From Diplonema japonicum (taxonomy: Eukaryota > Protista > Euglenozoa: Diplonemea): DNA of 64,000 nt. The notes beneath the pieces are model-generated. The model was given only the letters and a program-made list of their open reading frames with translations, made no database searches and was not told where the DNA came from. Both the position numbers and the translations under genes were made by a program. Below are positions 57,547 through 64,000 of the stretch, in pieces (within the stretch, counting starts at the first letter, position 1; every line of letters begins with the position of its first letter). Location: positions 496,001 through 560,000 of the forward strand of contig OZ025668.1 in assembly GCA_964019335.1 (NCBI GenBank). The letters are read 5' to 3'.

Positions 57547-57583
<37 letters not shown>
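57547..57583. repeat. (GA)n microsatellite
   Basis: Perfect GA run. Confidence 0.9.
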
Positions 57584-57590
<7 letters not shown>

Positions 57591-59362
57591 AGATAATGCG
57601 CAGCTCATGACTGCTTCAACCTAACTTCAGGTCATTTTTTAGGAACCAGGATCTTTCTGGTCTAAAATAAAATAAGGGGGGGGAGGGGGAGGGGGGTGAT
57701 GGCCCTGTGAACGTTCCAACCAGCTGCAAGCGGGAGCCACGATTGGCATTCTCACCAGATCTTCGAGCACTACAGCACAGGCAAGGAATTTCCCGCTTAG
57801 CTAGCCTGGCGGTCCAAAAGTAAAAGCAGGGGGGGGGGGGGGGGGGTGAATAATGGGTAAGTATCTCCTTCACAACTGGGAAGCAAAATAGAATCCTTGA
57901 TTTTTTTTTTTAAAAAAATCTTCTAGTAATTTCTCTTTCCAGAAGGAATTTTCTACGAAGATATTCAGAAAGCGATACAGAAGAAACAAAACAAAAAGAT
58001 TTTTTTCACCCATTTTTTTTTTTTTTTTTTTTTTTTTTCCTCTTTCAGTTCTTGTAAGAATTTCTTTTTCTCTTTTCTCTCTTTCTGCTCCTTTTTTTTT
58101 TTAAACTAACTTTTATATAAAACACAAGGAGAGTGTGGACCACGTCTTCCTCATCATAAAAAAAAGAAGAAAACAAAAAGGCGCCAAGTTAGAGTTCTAA
58201 AAAGGGTTTCCCTTTCCGCCTCTTTATTTCTATCAGTGTAAATTATGGTTTTGCCATTGTTTTATTTTTCCTTTGTACCTTCCTTCTCTTTTTTTTTTTT
58301 CTCCAAGTTCCTTTCGACCCCCCTTTCACAAGGGGTGCCTAAACATGGTTTTTTTTTTTTTTTTTTTCAAAGTAAAAGCTTTGTTTTAAAAAGATGGAAG
58401 GGGGTAGGTAAATAAAATATGAACTAACGTGTCCTGTTTGCCAGGGCAGTCTAACAAAAATAAAAAAATAAAAAAAAAAATAAAAAAATGGGGCAGAGAG
58501 GTCTAGGAAAGATTACAAAGAAGTAAGATGGGGGGGGGGGGGGGGGAAGAGAAGTAAAAAGTTGGGAAAAAAAAAATATAGAACAAGTAAGAAAACAAAA
58601 CAAAAACAAAGGATTTCAATCAACTAGAAAATGAAAGAGAGACGCCCACCAAGGGGTCTCACGCTCCTTTTTTTTCTTTTTTTTTTTCTCAGGGGCCCTC
58701 ATATCAAAAGGAACACATAACCGGGGTTTGGAACAAGCCTTGTGATCTGAGAAGTAGTCAGATTAAAGAAGCAAGCCGCATCGCGACATGGCTCCCCTTG
58801 TAGTGGTACTTTGCTCCTGTCAACAAGGATCTTGTTCAATAAACAAGGATCGCGCCAAACAACAATCAAAACACATATTGGGAGAGGGCTACCCTTTGTG
58901 ATCAAAAAGAAATCCTTTCCCCTTTTTTTCTTCCGTGTAAAGGATAGGTGGCACACCGGAGCCCCCCTTTTTTTTCACCCCCCCCCCGAGGCAGGAGGCA
59001 AAAACCGCCTGTGAAAGCCACAACAACACAAAGAAAACAACGGTGGGAAATGGAAGGGTCTGCCCCTTCAGAAGGAAGCACTGCAAAGTTCAGGGGATTC
59101 TTCTTCTCCCCCCCCCCCCCCGGGAAAAAGTATCTTTTCTAGACCCCCAAAAAAAAAACTTCTTTTTTTTTTTTTACAAAAATTTTTTTCGGTCTCAAAG
59201 ATACAATCTCCTTCTTTTTTTTTTTCATTCCTTCTTTTCCTTCCCCTTCTGTGTACGAACTTTTTTTTACCCCCTTTTTTTTCTTTTTTTAAAATTCTAA
59301 AAAAAAAAAAAAAATCTATACTGGGGGAGGGGAGGCACGATAATAATATAATAAAAAAAAAA

Positions 59363-59890
59363 TCAACCGTACCCGTGTATATATTCTTTGATAAATTGGT
59401 CCTTATCTTCTGTGGGCCATGTAGAATCGAAGCAGATCGATTCAGGGGGGGGCGGAGGAGAATGCTGCAAGAGCAGGGTCCACATATCGATAAATCTGTT
59501 CATCCTGTGGAAGGAAGACAGCAGGACAGGCCGCTCCCTAGCATGGCTCCCGATCCCTAGGGCAGCGACATACTCTTCTTGGTTGGGGGCCTCAGCTTCA
59601 CTTACACTATCGTAAATACATGTAACCGAAACTCTTTTGGAGAAGCTAACTCTCCCTTCGGGATTTCCCTTTACAAGTTCACATTCGTCCCCCTCCTCAT
59701 TACACAAAACCGTTTGTTTTTTCATTCTCAGGTGTTTCTCTCCAAAGCTTTCCAGGATCTCGTTCGCCATTTGGCACTCCTTCTCAATATCACCCCTCTT
59801 GCATCCTTCCTCGAACCTCGCAGATCTCAACGGGCATCTATAGGTAGGGTGGCTCTGACGCCCACACTCATTACAAGGCATACAGGGCAT
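59363..59890 (-). CDS. Small protein with N-terminal CCHC zinc-knuckle-like motif
   Basis: CNECGRQSHPTYRC; coding-like composition. Confidence 0.6.
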   Translation of the reverse strand: MPCMPCNECGRQSHPTYRCPLRSARFEEGCKRGDIEKECQMANEILESFGEKHLRMKKQTVLCNEEGDECELVKGNPEGRVSFSKRVSVTCIYDSVSEAEAPNQEEYVAALGIGSHARERPVLLSSFHRMNRFIDMWTLLLQHSPPPPPESICFDSTWPTEDKDQFIKEYIHGYG

Positions 59891-60075
59891 GCACGTATCT
59901 TTTTTTTTTTTTTTTTTTTTTTTTTTGTGTATGTGTATGTGTAGTACTCTTTATTTGTTGTTTCTTATATGATTGTCTTGAAGAGGGGGGGGGAACAAGT
60001 TTGTTTGCGCCGCTTGAAAAAGCGGGGCTTATTTATCCGCCTTTTTTTTTTTTTTTTTTTTTTTTTCCCCTACAT

Positions 60076-61170
60076 TCACAGCGCACGGTCTAACTCTCCC
60101 ATGTACGCTGCCAATAACACGTCGTGTTTTTTAGCCCCTACAGCTTGTTCCGACACGTATCGGTCCTCGGAAGGGGGGATAAATTTAGCAGGCCGTGAAG
60201 AGGGCCGGGCCAGTGCTACCTCAGTGGGGAAAGACCGTGCTGGGTAAGGCTTCAGCTCCGCCCGGTGCGGGGTAGGTAGTGTGACAGATCTCTTGGAGCA
60301 CACATTGCGATGCCTCTCCCCCATCTTGCTCCATGTGTCCAGCCTCGCGGCAATCGCGGAATCCGCTAAATCCCGAAACCTGTTGACATCCCCTTCCTGT
60401 CGCGCTGTGTCGCATCTGGACTTGTTGAAAAACGTCTTTTCATTGAAGTCAGCTTTGGGCCGCGGAGGGTGTCGGCATTCATCTCTCTCCTCCGACATGA
60501 TTTTACGAATTCTTTTTTCCGTTCTTCTGACAGCTTCCATCTCGTCAGCCCACCGTTGCTTCCACACCTTGGTTTTCTTGTATAGGTCTTCGTTGTGCTT
60601 TTTCCGTTCCTCGAGAAGTGTCTGTTGCTGTTTTTTTTGAAGCTCCAAGGTTTCTTCTTTGTTCTGTATTTCGAGCATCTTGCAAGAGGTCAGTCTTCGG
60701 TTCTCCCTCAACGTCTGCGCTGCTTTCAGTGATTCCTTGAAGCAAGGCCGTCTCTCCTTGGCAAGCTGTCCGGAGGCATCTGTGCAGCGTGCGATGCGCC
60801 TGTGCAGCTCGACGTCGCGCTCGATGTGCTCCAACATTTCCCGTTTCTCTGAAGCGAGGTCCCTGATACGTGCGTTCTCTGCCTCCATTTCCCTCCTCAT
60901 TGCCATTTGTTCTTCGATTGCCGTTTTTGCCTTTACCTTTCTCAGTAGGTCTGCCTCGCTGGCCTGGGCCACTTCCATGATGTACCTTCTCATGCCAGGT
61001 TGAAGGTCCAGCGCTGCCTCCGCCACTTCCTCCATCTCCTCAAACCTATCCTTGAAGAGCCTTTCCGTGTCGGCACGCCCAAACCGCGAGTACATGCTGT
61101 GGATCCACTCCTTCCTGCTCTCCACACTGCCAGAAGCGCCTAATGCTGACATGCTACTGAAGCGTGTCAT
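60076..61170 (-). CDS. Coiled-coil protein of unknown function
   Basis: 364 aa charged helical ORF. Confidence 0.7.
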   Translation of the reverse strand: MTRFSSMSALGASGSVESRKEWIHSMYSRFGRADTERLFKDRFEEMEEVAEAALDLQPGMRRYIMEVAQASEADLLRKVKAKTAIEEQMAMRREMEAENARIRDLASEKREMLEHIERDVELHRRIARCTDASGQLAKERRPCFKESLKAAQTLRENRRLTSCKMLEIQNKEETLELQKKQQQTLLEERKKHNEDLYKKTKVWKQRWADEMEAVRRTEKRIRKIMSEERDECRHPPRPKADFNEKTFFNKSRCDTARQEGDVNRFRDLADSAIAARLDTWSKMGERHRNVCSKRSVTLPTPHRAELKPYPARSFPTEVALARPSSRPAKFIPPSEDRYVSEQAVGAKKHDVLLAAYMGELDRAL

Positions 61171-64000
61171 CTCCCTAGCTGCTCAACATAGAGGGGGTTG
61201 GACAAAGAAAAAAAGGGGGGTAGAAACGTACGAAATGCATTAAAAAATAAATCGGTGTCAAGGCAGTTAACTCTCTCAGAACAGTTCAAAATACGTTTGT
61301 GTCGTTGTTAGGAGTCACAGTCCGGCACGGGCACAGCTCCAAGCTGAGCTTCGAGGTGAGGAGTCACTACCACCAGCATGTGAAGTGAGGTCGCGCTGTT
61401 CAGGTGCTTGCGTCGCACACAAGTCGAGGCGGGGTGTTGGTTGTTCTGAACGACACTCTGCAACCGCTGTAGGCTCTACTATGCACTTCAAGTGCTGTTC
61501 CCGTGCAGCTGCGCGACTCCACCCGAGATACCTCGCACTCCTCGACCTCCAGTACAAAGCTGCATGACCTTCGCCTTCGAGTCCACAACAAGGAAGAAGG
61601 CTGACCACATCTTCATTACCCTCAATACTAAAGCTGTGTAAAACAATTTATATTTGTATTAAAAAAAAAAAGGAGGCAATTGCTAACAAACAAAGAAGAT
61701 TTGCACGTTGAAAAAAAAAAGGATGGGGAGGGGGAGTATAAAGAAAAGAAACATGTGCTACGGGGAGGGGCAAAAAAAAGAAACACGCACACACACACAA
61801 ACTACTGTGGTTTTGCCCATTTCGGGGGGGGGGGGGGGGGGGGGATCAGTACAACATAAAAAAAAAAAAAAAAACGCTTCCCCTCTTTTTTTCTTTTCTT
61901 CTCTAGGTGATGTGCCTTGTAGAATAAACTGCCCGCTTTTCAGAATTCTTCAACTCACGCGGCTATAGGCCGCTAAAGCCCTTAAATACACGTTTCATTT
62001 CCCTTATGGAGAAGTGCAACGGCACCCAAAATCACTGCAAATTTCGAAAAACAAGGCAAATCTCGAAAAGCTCCTGCCTGTGTAAACTCAGACGTGTTTT
62101 CCATTGTCCGAACCTCACGATCGGCACCTCACAAAGTAAAAAGAAAAGAAAATGATGGGGGGGGGGGAGGGGACTTCCTCGTTACTCTGCGGTCGGTCAG
62201 TGCCTTTACTTTTTTTTTTATTTGACAGAATCAAAAAAAAAGAAGACAAGCGAGTACCTTTGTACCCCCCCCTCTTTGTTTCCCTCCCACAAAAAAAAAA
62301 ACCACATTCAGTAAAAGGAAAAAAAAAATGTGACGCGGGAAAGGGAAATAAAGCCGAAATGGTAGGGAGATATCAGAGAGAATTAAATACCAATAGAACT
62401 TGTTTTCTTTTTTAGAAAAGAAGTGTCCCCCCCCCCCCAGCACGAAGCAGCTTCATCAGCTGAATGAAATGAGATGGTTCAATGATGCAGCCTTTTGCAG
62501 ATTTTATTTGATTTATTTTGTGATAAATAACTCAACCTAATTATTTTGTCGGACGACAAACGACATGAACAAATTATTTCTTCTTCTCTTTTTTTTTTCT
62601 TTCTTTCTTTTTTTGTAAAAATCCCCTTTTAACTTTGACATTCCGAATGACGAAACAACTTTTTTTTCCCCCCTTCTTAGCTCATTTTTTTTTCTCCTTT
62701 TTTGGGGCAGCCTTGAGGAAAGGCTTTAAAAGCTGCACCCCCTCATAGAAAATAAAAATAAATATATGAGTTAAAGGAGGCCGGTGTTGGCGGCGCCCTG
62801 CACAAGAACTGTCTACTTGATTACAGGGGGCGCACCGCGGCCGAGTTGTAGCTTCTTGTTCTTCCACTCGGGCGCTACCGGTGATGACGGACGAGGAGGT
62901 CAACAGCGAACAACACATCTGATGTTTTTCTTATATTTTCATGTTATCCCCACCACCTGGAAATAAAGGACAGGCACTCCCCTCGCCATGCCTTCCTTTT
63001 TTCTTCTCCTTAGTTCCCCCCTCACTGGGAAAGTTACTGTCAAGGGGGAAGGAAAATTAAATAAGAACAGTAGAGGGGGGGGGGGGGGTCTAATGCAAGA
63101 AGGCGAACTGGGCATCACTGCCAAGAAAAGAAAAAAAAACCCCCTTCTAGTTTTTCATCATTCATACTTTTCTTTTTCTTTTTGGGAGGGGCCGCGGGAA
63201 AGGATCAACTGCTCCAGAGAAACCAGAGCGGGGAGGGGGGGGGCCAAAAATAAAATTGTTTTCAGAAGCCTATTTCTTTCATTTTTTTCTTTGGTTTCAC
63301 TCACTGAGCCTGCACAAAAAGAAAAAAAAAAAAAAAAAAAAAAACATTCGATTTTTTAACGTCAAAATGACACAAGTCAAAAAAGAATAGGGAAGAAGGA
63401 AAGTAAACAATAAAACCCGGTAGTTTTTTTTTTTTTTTTTTTTTTTTTTTTCTCTCTTTCAAAGAAAAGCAAAAAAAAAAAAAAAAAAGAAAGAAAAAAA
63501 AAAGAAAAAAAAACGCCAAAAATAAACCCCACTTTTGTGTGTGTGCGTGGTTTTTTTAAAACTTTTTTTTTTTGAGCTATTACATCCCCACAACAAAAAG
63601 ATTTAGTTGTAAACAGAAGAGAAGAAGTAAGGTGGAGAGTAGAGGGGAAAAAAAAAAAAAAAAGGAAATACTAACGAAGAGAAGAGAAAAAAAAACAGAA
63701 AGAAAAAATACATTGTTCTAATCTGGCACTTATTTATAGCAGACTGCACAGTGCATCTTAAACAGCTGTATCTAATCTATAAATAGTCTTTAGGACAAAT
63801 GTTTCGCTCACTCTGGGGGGTGACGTTAAAAAAAGGGGGGGGGGTGAACAGAACTACGGTGCCGTTCAACAAATAAAAAAAAGGAAGGGAGGAGATGATA
63901 AAAAAGAAAAAAAAAATGTGTGTGTTGTTGTGTGTGGCACAAAACCTGAACATAAGTACTTATTTCAAAAAAAAGGGGGGGATACTGTAATCAAAAAAAA

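Noticed and set aside
61900-62130. Possible small DNA-transposon remnant with palindrome GCGGCTATAGGCCGC
   Set aside because: No TIR pair, TSD or second copy in the window
62880-62925. GTGATGA...CTGA on the plus strand as a C/D snoRNA
   Set aside because: Too short, opposite strand to the array, no terminal stem or rRNA match seen
1-64000. Non-canonical (non GT-AG) euglenid-type introns, tRNA, rRNA or SL RNA genes
   Set aside because: All reconstructable introns are GT-AG; no cloverleaf, rRNA or SL signature recognised by eye

Overview
Eukaryotic nuclear DNA, most likely a euglenozoan and probably a diplonemid. The evidence is a paraflagellar-rod-domain gene, single-hairpin AGA-box snoRNAs, an all-one-strand gene array, and many cis GT-AG introns, which argue against a kinetoplastid. 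About 25 protein genes lie on the minus strand, separated by homopolymer-rich spacers, with two 200-N gaps. Many ORF-track fragments join into single genes through tiny (31-76 nt) GT-AG introns, many of which carry a poly(A)/purine tract before the 3' AG. Main highlights: (1) the mosaic 'repeats' at 46.7-48.7 kb and 51.7-52.9 kb are shuffled polycistronic snoRNA clusters with rRNA-complementary pockets, and one appears to sit inside a TMEM115 intron; (2) a complete TTAA/TIR-bounded, decayed piggyBac element lies inside a DDX27 intron; (3) a GC-rich bacterial-type histidine ammonia-lyase is duplicated and has gained a host-type intron; (4) a C2-TM-C2-RMD1(TPR) fusion gene; (5) an unexplained double-hairpin element built on an iterated 11-mer at 36.0-36.5 kb. 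All calls were made by eye, with no database searches.
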